Origin: Octopus bimaculoides
Taxonomy: Eukaryota
Length of the DNA stretch: 64,000 nt
Assembly (NCBI RefSeq): GCF_001194135.2
Contig: NC_068991.1
Location: forward strand, 522,604-586,603
Direction: 5' to 3'
Shown here: one piece after another, positions 1-13,914 of the stretch
How positions within the stretch are numbered: position 1 is the first letter of the stretch
Layout: every line of letters starts with the position of its first letter
Notes under the pieces: model-generated
The model's database searches: none
What the model was told of the DNA's origin: nothing
What the model saw: only the letters and a program-made list of their open reading frames with translations
Translations under genes and position numbers: made by a program

Positions 1-558
1 ATCTCAAAGCTACAATATAATTAATGCTTGACTGATTCAGATTAATGTAAATGAATAAGGATTACATTTGGCAATCACTAAAATCTCAAAGCTAATGAGT
101 TAAACAAAGATTAGGTGTCTCTTATCTTAAGTTGATCCCATCTGGAAGACATCAGAATGTCTGATTGTTCAAACCCTGAAAACAACAGAATCAATAGAAT
201 GTCAGACAGATTGTATTGTTTGGTTCCTTTTCTTTTGACATTCTGGCTTTAAGTGCCACTTGGGTTGACTTTACTCCACTCAATATTATCAATTCCTTCT
301 TCAAAAATGTTGTGTCAGTATTATAAATCTTAAATAGTATAGATTGTTCATTGAAGCTAACGGTATTGTTGTTGTTGAGCCTCAGTCAACGTAACATTTT
401 ACTTTCAGATGAAGTTCTCTCCCCTTGCTCCTCTCGCTATTTTTCTGTACAAATTTGATTTGAAACTCTTATCGGCTGTGGTTGTTCTTGTCCATTGTCC
501 CTTCCTATTGTCTACTTCACCCTACATTTTTTAATATTTATTTCTCCATCTGTTTTAG

Positions 559-3159
559 ATTGTTAGTGATATGGCAGCTGCCTCTGGCCTCTACTGTCCA
601 GTTGATCCTACGCTCTGTGCTGCTTTACGAACTCAGAAAAGTGGTATGTATATTTAACCTGGGACCCTAATAAACCCTGGACAGTTTGTGTTTTATTGAT
701 GAGGTCATGATAAAACTGAAATGAGCCTAACGAATAGAAAGAAGAACGTTGTAGTTTGCTTGAAGCCTTATGATACAGAAATAAAATAACACTGACATCT
801 CATTTTAACAGATTTATTTATCAAAGTTACATAAAAATGTCTCGAAATATTAAAGAGTAAATTTATTCAATAAAATCGCCATTGGCTTCAACCATGGCCT
901 CCAGACGACTTCAGAATCTCCTGCAACTTTTCTTGACTGTATCCTTGTTTAAGTTGGTGAATGCTGCCATAATCCTTGCCTGCAGTTCATCTTTGGTGTT
1001 ACAAGGAGTTTTGTTGGTCTCTCACTCATCTGTGTCCCACACTGCAGTCTGGGGAGTGAGGTGGACAGATGTTAGGGGTGGTGTAGTTGCAGAGATTGTC
1101 TGACAGCCATGGCTGGGGTCCTCCTGCTTGTGCGGCCTGGTGCAGAGTCACCAGATATAGCAGCCACTTGATGCAGGCCTCCATGTTGAGTGTGAGGCCA
1201 TGTGGCAAGATGAATGGAGGCATAACATCGCCATTACTACTGACCACTCCAAACACCATGCTGCTGACTGGATGTTTGATTTTTATCGCTCTCAGTACAT
1301 GGTTTGAGGACAGGGCAAGCCAACAGTTGTTCTGTGTGTTCACCATCTGATCTTGGCAGAAATTTTTCTCATCAGAGAAAAACCAAAACAAGTTCGGTTG
1401 GAGGGGATGCTTGAGTTTGTTCAAAAGCTTCATAGCACGGTTTTTGCCCCTTGTCCTTGATGGCTTAGGATAATAACTGGCCCTTTCTCATCTTGTATGA
1501 GGAATACTGAATGTCTTTATGTACTACCTGCCGGATAAGAAACTCAGACACTACCATGTCCCTGGTTGACTTGGAGGGATTGTTGTCAATCATGGCCTGG
1601 GTCTCACCAATAAATTCAGGAGTTCTTTTCTTATCAGAATGATCAGAGTGAGTTTTCCTAACTGCCATACCGTCATAATCACTATTAGACACATCCAACT
1701 CTTTTCGAATCCTCTGTACTATCCTGAGATTGACACCCAAATACTCTGAAATGTCTGTATTGGAGCTTCCGACACAAATGTGCCAAGCAGTACAGCATGC
1801 CATTTTGAAATTTCTGACAGAGTGAATTGCACCATGTTGCTGTTTTTCTCACAGACAGTGCCCAACTGACCCTACTATACTGTGTAGTCGACAAAATCAA
1901 AAACAATGCACATGCGCAAAATTAAAATTATAGAATGGTGACAATTTACCCATTGCACCCTGTAAATAGATAGATATACGTATGTGTCTATTTTCCTACA
2001 CAGACGCACACACACTCACATATTTTTCATCTTTCTGAATTTATTTCTCTTATTCTTTTGTTCTCAGAATTTACCGAAGATGCTTACACCATAGCGTGTC
2101 TCCTGATGGTGTTTGTTGCAGTTTCACTCCCCAAGCTTGCCAAATCAGAAACCTCTTTTTTCAAAGCCTCACTCGAAGGTAAGTTCAGTTTATCATCTCT
2201 AATAGAGTTGATGCAGTTTAGAGGATAATGGTCACATTGGTGCCACTTCTCATTAGTCTGTTAAGAACTTGTAGCTTCTGGCTTGAAAAATCTTGCTCTA
2301 ATTCTGGCAGATGTTGAAAAATATTCTAGAAAGTTGACCTTCAATCCTGCCAGACTAACTTGAGACCCAACAACCAACTTAGCTGATGGGAATTTCTTGC
2401 AGTTATTTCCTGGATTGGTCCGATGTCTTCTGCCGATCATATCAAAGAGACATGCTGGTAGAAATAGAGTTATGAGCCTTGTTTAAGAATGCATCGTCTT
2501 TAGGATTTAAACTGCTGAGCATGTAAGTGAGCCATTTCTTGGTCACCATAATAATAATAAAAATAACAATTATTATTTGAAATTTTGACACAAGGCCAGC
2601 AATTTTAATGGGGAGCAGGTTAATCAATTACATTGACACTAGTAATTAACTGATATTTATTGATGCCGAAATGACGAAAGGCATATTTGACCTCAGAACT
2701 GGTAGAAATGCTGCAAAGTAATTTTGTCCAACATTCTAATGATTCTGCCATGTTGTTGATAATAATAATAAGAAGAAGAAAGGCACAAAGTCTGAAATTT
2801 TGTGGTGTGTTAGTTGATTACATCAATCCCCACTCCCCCACTGCTCAGTTGGTATTATTTCATTGACCACATAAAGATGAACTCAGAACATAAAGACTGA
2901 CAAAATATCGCTAAGCATTTTGCCTGATACGCTAACGATTCTGCCAGCTTGCTGTCTTAGTGAAAATAATCCTTTCTTCTATAGGCACAAGGCCTGAAAT
3001 TTTGGAGGGGGGGGGGGCTGGTCAATATCAGTGACCCCAGTTTTCCACTGGTACTTATTGATTCCAACCTCAGCAGAATTTGAACTTAGAATGTAAAGAC
3101 GGATGAAATACTGCTAAGCATCTTGTCGAGCGTGCAAACAATTCTGCCAGCTCACTGCC

Positions 3160-3206
<47 letters not shown>

Positions 3207-5445
3207 TGATGCTGTAGTCTATTGATTTGCCTGTGAAAGATGTTCAGAGAAGTCCTGATTCAGCTCTGTTCCATGTCCAACCACAAATAGTCTCTTCACA
3301 AACAATAATTCTCTGTTGTTAATGAAATATTGTTGTTGAGATTCTGAACTGCTTCCTTCTCTTCAACAGGACACCTCAATAATAGCCATTGTCTTGCCAA
3401 AGCCATCAACGCTCTTGCTGGTGCCATGTTTACCATTTATGGTCCTGGAGACTTGGAGGAACGATTAAAAGAGTTTTTGGCTGTAAGTATTTTCTTCTTT
3501 TAGTTGTTGTGCCATTGACAAATTGATATCCATGTTCAGGGCCAAGAGGGAAGGAAGCTGATGTGAATGATAATATACATTTGTGTGTGTATGTATGTAT
3601 GTATGTATGATAATATACATTTGTGTGTGTATGTATGTATATATATATTATCATCATCGTCTAACATCCGTTTTCCATGCTGACATGGGTTGGACGGTTT
3701 GAAAGCAGGGAGCTGCCCAGGCTCCAATTGTCTGCTGTGGCAGACAATAATCTAATATATATATGTGATTTTCTTGTATAAACAAATGTATATATTCTTT
3801 TAAACACACTCGTTATATCATTGTAAAATAAATATAATTATATGGTACAGATGCAGCAACATCAGAGATTGTGGTATTTCTGTTATTGTCGTCCAAACTT
3901 TTTCTGCCAAAATTTGAAGCAATTAATTGTTATTATGCAAATTTAGATATTTTTAATTTTCTTTTTCTCTGCAGCTTGCTTCTTCCTCAATGTTACGGCT
4001 TGGCCAAGAGACAGACAAGGAAGCTATCAAAAACCGAGATTCGGTCTATCTGCTGCTTGACCAGGTCAGAAGATTTGGGGTTTTTTTTTGTTTTTTTTGT
4101 TTTTTTTGCTACAGTTTTTGCTTTGAAAAAGTAAAGTTTTTCCTCAATGTTGTAATCCTTTAAGAGACAAACTGCAAACTCTGCAGTAAACAATTTCTTC
4201 CAAAATAGCTTCTTCAAATACCACTCAATGGAGAGTGGCAAGACTGAAGAGGCTGAATGGGCTTACCCGAAACCTGCATTTTTGAATGAGGAAACAAAGT
4301 AGAAAAGGATGGCACAGTAATTCAGTCCTTCTCCTGAAAGGTTTCCCCTCTCACCTTTTGGGCAGGTGTTTTTCTTGTTGATTTTTTAAAAAAATGTTTA
4401 TGTCCCTTATTTCTGTTGGCTCCTTTTTGGCTAGATCTAAGCATTATTGTTGTGTTGTGCATTTGTAGTTTGTCTTCAACACCTCAAGCTCTTGTGACCA
4501 GTAAAAGAGCTCGTTATTATAATTGTTTTTGTTGTTGCCATTCCTGACTTCAACCCTGAATATGGAGTTTTTTGACAGCAAGGAATCTGGATGCTGGCAA
4601 CAGTGAAATATTAGAAACAAACTTTGTTCTTGACAGCATCTTCGTCAGTGGCAGAGGTGGAGGTGTTGTTGTTGTTGAAAGCTATTAAGACCAACTGTAA
4701 GACTGACAACAACAGTTGCAGGGATCACTCACCCTTGGCATCCAGGGGGACTTTAGATGGAGGAGGTTCCTTGATAGCTCCTCCATGTACTGTAAAGTAT
4801 TTATTTTTTCATTGTTCTTAGTCAATTTGTGTAACCCACCACACTTTTATGAATATCTTCCTCCCCACCTCATCCATCACACTCTGCTGGCAAAGCAATA
4901 TTATTATTATTACGAAGCCGGCAGAATTGTTAGCAACGTCAGACAAAATGCTTGATGGACTTTCTTCTGACTTTTTACATTCTGAGTTCAAATCCTGTCA
5001 AAGCTGACTTGGCCTTTCATCCTTTTAGGGTTGGTAAAGTACTAGCTATGTACTGGGGTGGATGGGATTGACTTGCTTAGTTTACTCTCCCTAAAACTAT
5101 TCTTCCTGATTTATGGTAAAAACAGCCCCTAATGTGACCTGGTGTTAGTGCGAGCTCCTTAAAGATGGCAAGTTGGTGAAGTGAAGAATTACATACTTTT
5201 GTTTATATTTGTGTTGAGGGTCGTTGACTGGACATTATTATTCTTTGCATCTTGATTACATTTTGGAATTATACAAACTGTACATAAAATCTTACAAACT
5301 AATTCTATCCTCTTCTGTTTTTCCCTTTCAGATAGTCCAAGAGTCCCCGTTCCTCACAATGGATCTGCTGGAGTCTTGCTTCCCGTACGCTCTGCTCCGT
5401 AATGCCTACCATTCTGTCTACAAACTGTCAGCTGCTGACCACTGA
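559..5445 (+). CDS. NCKAP1: Nck-associated protein 1 (Nap1/Hem, WAVE complex), last five coding exons; 5' part lies upstream of the window
   Basis: Exons 559-643, 2068-2178, 3370-3482, 3975-4064, 5332-5445, all AG/GT bounded with matching phases (0-1,1-1,1-0,0-0,0-stop). Joined: [191 protein letters not shown] and [19 protein letters not shown] are NCKAP1 C-terminal motifs. Confidence 0.96.
863..1964 (-). mobile_element. Decayed Tc1/mariner DNA transposon (maT/DD37D-like) in an NCKAP1 intron
   Basis: Frameshifted transposase: HTH-like part (ORF 1465-1803), [45 protein letters not shown], and C-terminal [14 protein letters not shown] ending at 863. One terminal repeat reads TA-CAGGGTGCAATGGG on the - strand at 1964; no second TIR found. 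Confidence 0.85.
2960..3160 (-). mobile_element. tRNA-headed SINE, Meta-domain-like family; further - copies at about 2640-2770 and 2780-2960
   Basis: Reverse complement of GGCAGAATxGTTAGC..TTCTAAGTTCAAATTCTGC..AAGTACCAGT, matching the other copies in the window. Confidence 0.7.
4905..5080 (+). mobile_element. tRNA-headed SINE, Meta-domain-like family
   Basis: GGCAGAATTGTTAGC head, B-box-like GAGTTCAAATCC, and GCCTTTCATCCTTTTAGGGTTGGTAAAGTAC, which resembles the MetaSINE/Sauria-SINE central domain. Confidence 0.7.
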
Positions 5446-5915
5446 GTGACCATCACCTACAACATGACCCCCCACCCCCCTAACTATGTGTCCTCAATAC
5501 CAAAGCTCTGGCCAAGCTTCACCTTTTGTCTGGGGGTGGAGCTGGAGGGTACAACTACAACTCATGCTTCTCTCTCTCTCTCTCTCTCTCTGCTTCTTTC
5601 TTCCCTCTTCACCTCCATTTTCCTTCTCCTCCTGTACAGTTGAGGTTTAGCAGGAGGGCAGGGGAAGGACTGATGTTCTGCTATTGCAGTGGTTCATCAA
5701 CACTTAAAATCCTTCAAAAAACAACAACTACATGGTCTTGCACCATCTCTCCCCCACTCCCCCCTCTTCCCTTACTATCATTACCATTAACATCATCATC
5801 ATCGTCATCATCACCATCATCCCTGCTTTATGGTTATTAATTGTCCTCTTTGCTTCTCTCTTCCTCTCTACCAGTCAGTCTCAAAATCTTTATCAGAATC
5901 TCCCTCTCATATATA

Positions 5916-5954
<39 letters not shown>

Positions 5955-5963
<9 letters not shown>
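5955..5963 (+). terminator. Candidate NCKAP1 polyadenylation signal (overlapping AATAAA hexamers)
   Basis: ataaataaataaaa about 500 nt after the stop codon, followed by a T/GT-rich tract. Confidence 0.4.
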
Positions 5964-5964
<1 letters not shown>

Positions 5965-6944
5965 TGTGAAATATATTTAAACTATATTCTTTTTCTGGCA
6001 ATTCACATCTTTTGTGGACCAGAAGCAAGAACTGACAAACAGTGGAATGAAACTTAAGTCCCAAGAAAAAGCATCCAGTTTAAATAAGCACTATACTCTC
6101 CACCATGTATTGAGTACTTTGTTCCAACATTGACAAACTGTAATATTGAATGTGCATTGAAAGTAGTATTACAAACAGATAAAGAGTACTTAATGCATAT
6201 CCTGGTGTGTCTGTGTGTGTGAATATATATATACATCCATGTATGTATGTATATATAATATATATGCATACACACATACATGTACACACACACACACACA
6301 CACAATCTTTTTATTTCTTTCCATGTCTGAATGTAATGGAGAGATCTGACACCCTCCTCCCTCTCTAAGTTGGAATTGATTCCCCCCACCCCCTCCATTT
6401 TCTATCACTATTGGCAAATATTGTTATTATTATTATTAATTACTTGAAATAATTTTCATCTCAAATTAAAATTATTATAATTAATATTTTATATTTTGTA
6501 TCATTCTCACCAAGTTATAGCTTTTTTCCTTTCTCTGTCTTTTCTTAGATATCTACTTTGGTAAAATATTATTATTATTATTATTTTGACTGTTTTGTCC
6601 TCCTCCTTTCTCTTCTGCTCTCAATTTCTGGCCTTGTGCTTATGTTAGAAATCATTATTATTATTATTATTATTGCTAATGTTATGACGATGAGAGCATG
6701 GTTGGCAGTACCATTAGACTGGATTAATTGCAGGATTTGGTTACATTGACACTCTGGGTTCAACTCCTGCTACAGCTGAGTTTGCCTTTTTGTCCTCCTG
6801 AGATCAATAAAATAAAGTACCAGTATTATACTGGAGGCTAGATTCACTCAACCCCACATCCTCTCCTTACAATTTCTGGTCTTGATGCCTACCTAAGAAA
6901 TCCTTATCTACCCTGAGGCAAATAAACTATTATTATTATTATTA

Positions 6945-7160
6945 TTAAGGTGGCAGGCTGGCAGAATCGTTAGAGCATCAGAACAAATGCTTTGCAACAT
7001 TTGTTCTGCTTCTTTACGTTCTGTGTTCAAATCTCACCAAAGTCAGCTTTGCTTTTCATCCCTCCTGGTGCAATGAAATAAAGTACAAGTCAAGTACTGA
7101 GGTGATATCAATTAATCCTCTCCCACTCAAAATTGCTGCCCTTGGGCTTAAATTAGATAC
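6945..7160 (+). mobile_element. Meta-domain-like SINE copy
   Basis: AAGGTGGCAGGCTGGCAGAATCGTTAG..GTTCAAATCTC..GCTTTTCATCCC..AAGTAC, flanked by (ATT)n. Confidence 0.7.
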
Positions 7161-8094
7161 CATTATTATTATTATTATTATTATGATCTACATCTGAACA
7201 GAAACTGTATAAAGTGTCTAGTGTTTGTGTGTGTTTTTCATGAAAGTACAACTGCTGTGAGTAAACACACACGCTGCCGCTGGTGTGTGTATATATATAT
7301 ATATATATATAAAACTTTGACCATGTAAAATATGTGTGTGTATGTCTATCTAACCAACTCTACTTTTACACAAAGATACATAATATTGATTTCTTACTTT
7401 CAACAAGTAGAAAACTCATAATAATAATAATAACAATAATAATAATGCTGAGAAGATGAAATAAAATTAATTTAAAGTTTAAAATTAATAATTTTTTCTT
7501 GACATCCTTGTTTTTAATTAATTTTTGTTCCGTTTCGCACCTTTTTTGTTTGTTTAAAGTTTTTCTTTANNNNNNNNNNNNNNNNNNNNNNNNNNNNNNN
7601 NNNNNNNNNNNNNNNNNNNNNNNNNNNNNNNNNNNNNNNNNNNNNNNNNNNNNNNNNNNNNNNNNNNNNNNNNNNNNNNNNNNNNNNNNNNNNNNNNNNN
7701 NNNNNNNNNNNNNNNNNNNNNNNNNNNNNNNNNNNNNNNNNNNNNNNNNNNNNNNNNNNNNNNNNNNNNNNNNNNNNNNNNNNNNNNNNNNNNNNNNNNN
7801 NNNNNNNNNNNNNNNNNNNNNNNNNNNNNNNNNNNNNNNNNNNNNNNNNNNNNNNNNNNNNNNNNNNNNNNNNNNNNNNNNNNNNNNNNNNNNNNNNCTT
7901 TCAGAATTAATTAAAGGTAACACGAGGTGCTTACATTAATTTCCATCTGGCTCACACATTGAACTGAAAACGTAAAGTAGTTGGCCGGTTCGAATGAAAC
8001 TGAACTCTTTCACCTGGTGTGTCCTTGGGTGATTTTGAAACCTTCAGTTACATGAACTGATTGTGCTCTATACACACACACACACACACACACG

Positions 8095-8230
8095 TTCTGA
8101 GTTCAAATTCCGCCAAGGTCGACTTTGCCTTTCATCCTTTCAGGGTCGATTAAATAAGTACCAGTGCGTAACTGGGGTCGACTTAATCCGTTTGTCTGTT
8201 CCCTGTATGTGTAGCCCCTTGTGGGCAATA
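8095..8230 (+). mobile_element. Meta-domain-like SINE copy (5' truncated, little diverged)
   Basis: GTTCTGAGTTCAAATTCCGCCAAGGTCGACTTTGCCTTTCATCCTTTCAGGGTCGATTAAATAAGTACCAG. Confidence 0.75.
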
Positions 8231-9089
8231 AAAAAAAAATACATAAATTGGCAGAGTGATAGTATAGACAGATAGTTATGCTGAGATATTGACACAGAGA
8301 TAGAAATAGATAACCTGACAGACATTGCTGTGGTGCTAGAGTTAATATCTGCTACTGATGAAACTCAAAGGAACAGATACATAGTTAGCATTGCCATTGC
8401 TGCATAGTTTTCATCTGATGCATTTCTGTGTTTTTTAACACTATACATCTATACGAGATGCTTTCTAGAAATGAATATCACAGTTTAGCAAGCTTTCAAC
8501 ATTATATCTACTTTAAATATTATACATAGACTGCTATTTTGAACCATATTGTTTCTGTTGCCTCAGCCTGCTAGCTAAATGCAACACCAGTGACTTTTCA
8601 ATCACTGTTTATCAGTCTGTGACCAATGCTTAGCATGTGGACACTTGCTGCTGACAAAGTTCAAAGAAGTAGAAATACATAATCATTAACTCACCCCCTC
8701 CACCACCACCACAGCTGCCGGACTATTTTTGTCCGTTGTTGATATATCTGTGTTTTTTTAATACTGCACATGTCAAAGAGAAGTTTTCTGAAAGACAACT
8801 ACCATAAGTTTAGCAGGGTTTTTAATGATGGTACAGAAGCATCCATGATCCTTCACAAGCACCCCCCTCTCACCACTTTACTCTCTTCACTAAAAGACAA
8901 CTATCCTCACAATTACATCCATTAATTCCTTTAAAATGTTGCTATTTTGGATCTTTGATCAAAGGTTTTCCAGTTGAAATATGGGAGGGGGGGAGCACAG
9001 TGCTAATAAAATGTCAAGGTTTTTGGTACAAAATGTTTACAATAAACAAACAAAAATATATCTTTAAACCAGAACAAAATATATCTTTA

Positions 9090-9265
9090 AAATGAATGAG
9101 TCTCTATGCAGTCGATCAGATTGCTAGAAACAAGAGCCAAATCTCAACTGTAGTAAAAAGATGGAAGGACACATTAGATAATAGTTTGACAGATAGATGT
9201 ATGGAATGGCCATGGTCAGAACAGTTCTGGTGGATCAAGATTAACCTGGGGTTAAACAACAACAA
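9090..9265 (+). repeat. Unclassified dispersed repeat family ending in (AAC)n; related copies near 9510-9690, 21125-21300, 22840-23050, 55125-55440, 58250-58420, 62275-62360
   Basis: Recurrent GATCxxxTGCTAGAAAxAGCAGCCAAATCT..AAGGACACATTAGATAATGTAGTCCTAGATACAC motif. Confidence 0.6.
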
Positions 9266-12002
9266 CATTTGAAATTTTAAAATAATAAAAACAGTTTTCA
9301 AAGAAATCTGTAAAATATTTTCTTTTTATTTCTGGAATGTTGGAGTGGAAGAGAAAAAAATAGCAAAAGTAGAAAATACAAAAAATAGAAAAGAAAAATA
9401 CGAAAATATTTTGAAATAAAATCAAATTAAAAAAAAAAATCTCACAAACACCCCCCCCCCCTTGCTTCATTGAAGTGGGAGTTTGTGTTACCAGCTAACA
9501 TAGATAAAAGATGAACCAACAGAGTTTTTATGGGCTTAACTGATCTGCTAAAAATAATAGTCAAATCTTCCTCAAAATTCAATCATTTTGAAAAAGGAAA
9601 GGCACATAAGATAATGTAGTCCTAGATACACAATGTCGAAAAGGACAGAATGGCTGGAACATATTTGATCATAGGACTTTGGTCTATAACGCTAAAACCC
9701 TTTTTGTTTGTTACATTTAGACTGTAAGTATGGTACTTAATCACATCTTTTTGTCCTCTATTGTGTGAGGAGGGGTGTAAAAATGACCGATCAGGCTCCT
9801 AATACATACAAGAAACATCAAAAAGAGACAAACTCTGGTTGACATTTCTTTAATTCCATCAACTCTACCAATTAGTGTGTGTGTGTGTGTAATTCTGAAT
9901 TTATTCCTGTTGAAACAAAAACAGAAACAATTATTTTAAAGTTCAAATGTTCCAACAGACAATATAAAATTATCCAAACCTGAAATCAATGGGTTTAATG
10001 AACTAAAACACTAATTATCTTCTTTTAATTACACTACAGTAAAATCCTTAATATTCTATTTCACTATGGGTCAGTTCTTCCAGCTAGTGATCTTCAGTGG
10101 ATCCACAACTAACCAAAGATATACAGTAGACTGGTCCAGTCAGAAATGGAGGACAAAGCACTCTGATATCAAATTATTATTATTCTTCTTATTCATTGTT
10201 ATTATTGTTAAAAGTGAATACAACTTCATGTGTGTATTTTTAATGTCTACAATGTTTACTAGGATGAAACTGGTGAATGTGTGTATATGTGTGTATATAT
10301 GGATATTACAAAGGTCAACACAAGATGAACAAAGTTTGGCAAATTAAGTTTTAGCATTTCAGATATTTGTTGTTCATCACAAGAGAGAGAGAGAGAGAGA
10401 GAGAGGGAGGAAATTATACCTTTTTGTGTGTGTGTATATATATGCTTGCTCCCAAAGCCAGTGGGGTGACATCATTCAAAATCTAAAGTGATATGAAGTG
10501 CATTGTAACCAGTGGTGTATAGCAACATCCAATTGTCTGGTCAATACCATGATATATATATATATACATAAATGAACACATATACAAAGAGAGAGAGAGA
10601 GAGAGAATGAGACAGATAGACAAGACATTATCATCATGGCCTGAAACAAAAAAAAAAAGCTTCTCAAAGAGATATTTGTGTTGTATACACTGGCTACAAT
10701 GGATGGGAAGGTTTTCAGTCCAAAACATGATTTAAGTTGCCACTTGCTAAACAAGTATAAATCAATAAATGGATTGGTGACCATCTGTGATCAGAAGCAG
10801 TAAGTTTTTGCATTTGTGATTGTCCAAATAGTTTTAACAAGCATCACGGTTGCAAGTGAAGAAAGTTCAGCTGCTGCTTATTATGTGCAAACATCCACAT
10901 TTAATTACATCTAATGTGGGTTTTTTTTCTTTTTGTTGACCAATGGATTAACAAATTAATGAGGCGCATTAATAAATGTCCATATATATATATATATATT
11001 ATATATATATATGTATATATGAAAGAGAGATGGTAAGAAAGTGTAGAGAGAGAGAGCAGAACATTTTAAGATGGTCTTCTTCAGAGAAGAAGCCCCATTT
11101 CAGGGCAAATGTTTCAGCCCTTAACTACTACCTCTAAGGTAGAATTAATACAATTTAATTGTAAACATTTACAGCAATAAGTGGAATGTCCAGTGGTCAC
11201 AACTTGGTGAGGAATCTTCAGAATTATCAGGATGAAGATTCCTGAATGAGCAGAAACCAAAGTTCACTGTTTGATTATAAATATATATATATACACACAT
11301 TGTGCGTGTGTGTGTGTGTTTGTATACAGTAAAAGTGAGGATGAAGAGAGTTGCCCACAGATCCCCCCCCCCCCATCCTCCCACAAGAAAGTGATTTCCA
11401 ACAAAAAGATAAAATTTGATTGTTTTCAATGAGGAAAAGCAGTTGATTAAATTAATTGTTGATAATTGGCAAGGCATTGTCAGGTGATGTATCTGTGTGT
11501 GTGTGTGTGCACATCTCTTGGTACATCTTTCTAGTGTGGGCTGCAGTTACAGCTAATCTTTCTCTATTTCTCTGTCAATGACATCCTGCATAACTGCATC
11601 AATGCCACCAGCCTTTAGCCATATATTGCAAATATTAAAACTGATTTAGAAATGAATGGTGAGACATATACAGTTTATGTACCTTTAACTGTGTGTATAT
11701 ACATATATATGTGTGTGTGTGTGTGTACTAATTTTCTGGGTGCACAAGTACTGCATGCATGGACATAACCATGTCTATGCAAGTGTATGATTGTATGAAA
11801 ATATGCATATTTACAAGTTAGGTGCATTTCTATGTTTCCATTTATGTGAATACATCTATTTGATGATCCTCTCTCTATACATGTGTGTATGTACATGTGA
11901 ACACCATGTAGCTTTTCTTGGATTAGTTTTCCAGGTTGAGAAAAAACAGTTTTGAATCTTTTGCCTTCAGATCTTTTCTTTCTTCTAGATACACATCACA
12001 CA

Positions 12003-12052
12003 TATATTTAACTATACTATATATATATATATATATAGTATAGTTAAATATA
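12003..12052. repeat. Perfect 50-bp DNA palindrome centred on (TA)10
   Basis: TATATTTAACTATAC-(TA)10-GTATAGTTAAATATA; every position pairs. Confidence 0.9.
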
Positions 12053-12148
12053 CAGTTTTTCCAGGTGGTGCAATAAGTTAGGCATGGCCTGAGCCAATAC
12101 TGGCTGAAACTTATCTAAGTATCTAAATATACATATATATAGCATATG

Positions 12149-12190
<42 letters not shown>

Positions 12191-12400
12191 TATGTACATA
12201 TATATATGTATATATATATATATGATGTGATATATATACATACACACACATATCTATATATAAGTCGTAAAAATCATTTCAATCAGAATATCATCATCAT
12301 CATCATCATCATCATGTAAAAATCCTGAGAAAAATAACTCTTTATTAAAATTTGAAGCTGTTTAATATATGAAGATGTTAGTACTGTTGTCTGGAAGGAA

Positions 12401-12452
<52 letters not shown>

Positions 12453-12520
12453 TAGTAACTCTTATAAAGTGGTCATTCTTCGACCATCGGCATTAGAGTT
12501 ACCATCATTATCATTGTTGT

Positions 12521-13878
12521 TTAATAGCCAATATAGCCACCACGAGTTTTTAACTTACTAATGGAGAAACCAATGGCTATATACACAACAATAGCAACAA
12601 CAATGGATATGACACTCCAGAAGAATGAGTTCAAACTCCACTTGAGGGCATATTTTGTGTCTCCTTGGGCATAAGCACGGTTTGACATCACTGAAAGAGA
12701 AAAGAATGGAAGATGTTGAGGAAAAGAATTATTTTACTAATCACACATGTGTAAACAAACACACATATTTATACACAAGCAGCAAGTAACAGAATTCTCG
12801 TTCGAGTCGTTTGGGAAAATGCAAACCTACAAACATCAATTAACAAACAATGAACAATATCATTGTCCAACTTAAACAGTTTCATATGAACACACACACA
12901 CATACACATCTTTTTTTCTTTCATCTTTCATGCCCATGCTGGGGTACCACCTTGAAGAATTTTAGTCAAATGAATTGGCCTTGGCACTTAGCAGTTCAAG
13001 AAAAAACAGATAGAATAAGTACGAGGCTTAAAAAGACAAAAAAAGACTAGCTAAGTTACAGGGATGTAAACACACCAACACCAGTTGTCAAGTGGACGGA
13101 CTAACACAGACACAAAGACATACACCCTTGAAGATATATATATACTACACTCTCTGAGTGGTTGGCGTTAGGAAGGGCATCCAGCTGTAGAAACTCTGCT
13201 AAATCAGATTGGAGCCTGGTGCAGCCATCTGATTCGCCAGTCCTCAGTCAAATCGTCCAACCCATGCCAGCATGGAAGGCGGACGTTAAACGATGATGAT
13301 GATGATATATACAATGGATGGCCAAATAATTTCCACATACCAATTCTCTTTACAAGACATTGCTCAGACCTAAACTAGCAGAGAAGGCACTCGTCCCAAT
13401 TGCCATGAAGCGAGATAAAACTTGAAGTCATGATTTTTAAAGTGACCTCCATGTTCACACAACCATGCAACATTTCTCTTTCTTACACACACCCTCACAC
13501 ACAGTTGCCAGATACTGTCAAACTGTTCAGCCCATGCTGTCATAGAGAATGGATGTTGGAGGAGGAGGAGGAAGGAAGAGGGAGGGAGGAGGAAGCAGCA
13601 AATACTCAACATATCTCACAGGGTTTGTTTCTTTTGGAGTTGATAATTCATTCTGTCTTTACTCAAGAGTTTCTTGGTCAGTGCAATCTTTAAGGCATCA
13701 AAAACATGAATGGAGGAACTTGGTTAAGAATTTTCAGGATAAAGACTAAAATGGAAGTCAAAATTGTTTGAATTTTATTGGTCAGCTTTGGTCAGCTGAT
13801 TGGATGTGTGACCAGACAGAACAGGGGGGCAGATGAGCAAATACAAATAATCTCAAAATATTGATGCATCTTGTAGTA

Positions 13879-13914
<36 letters not shown>

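Noticed and set aside
11210-11243. 11-bp inverted repeat AGGAATCTTCA/TGAAGATTCCT
   Set aside because: The stem does not extend to pre-miRNA length.
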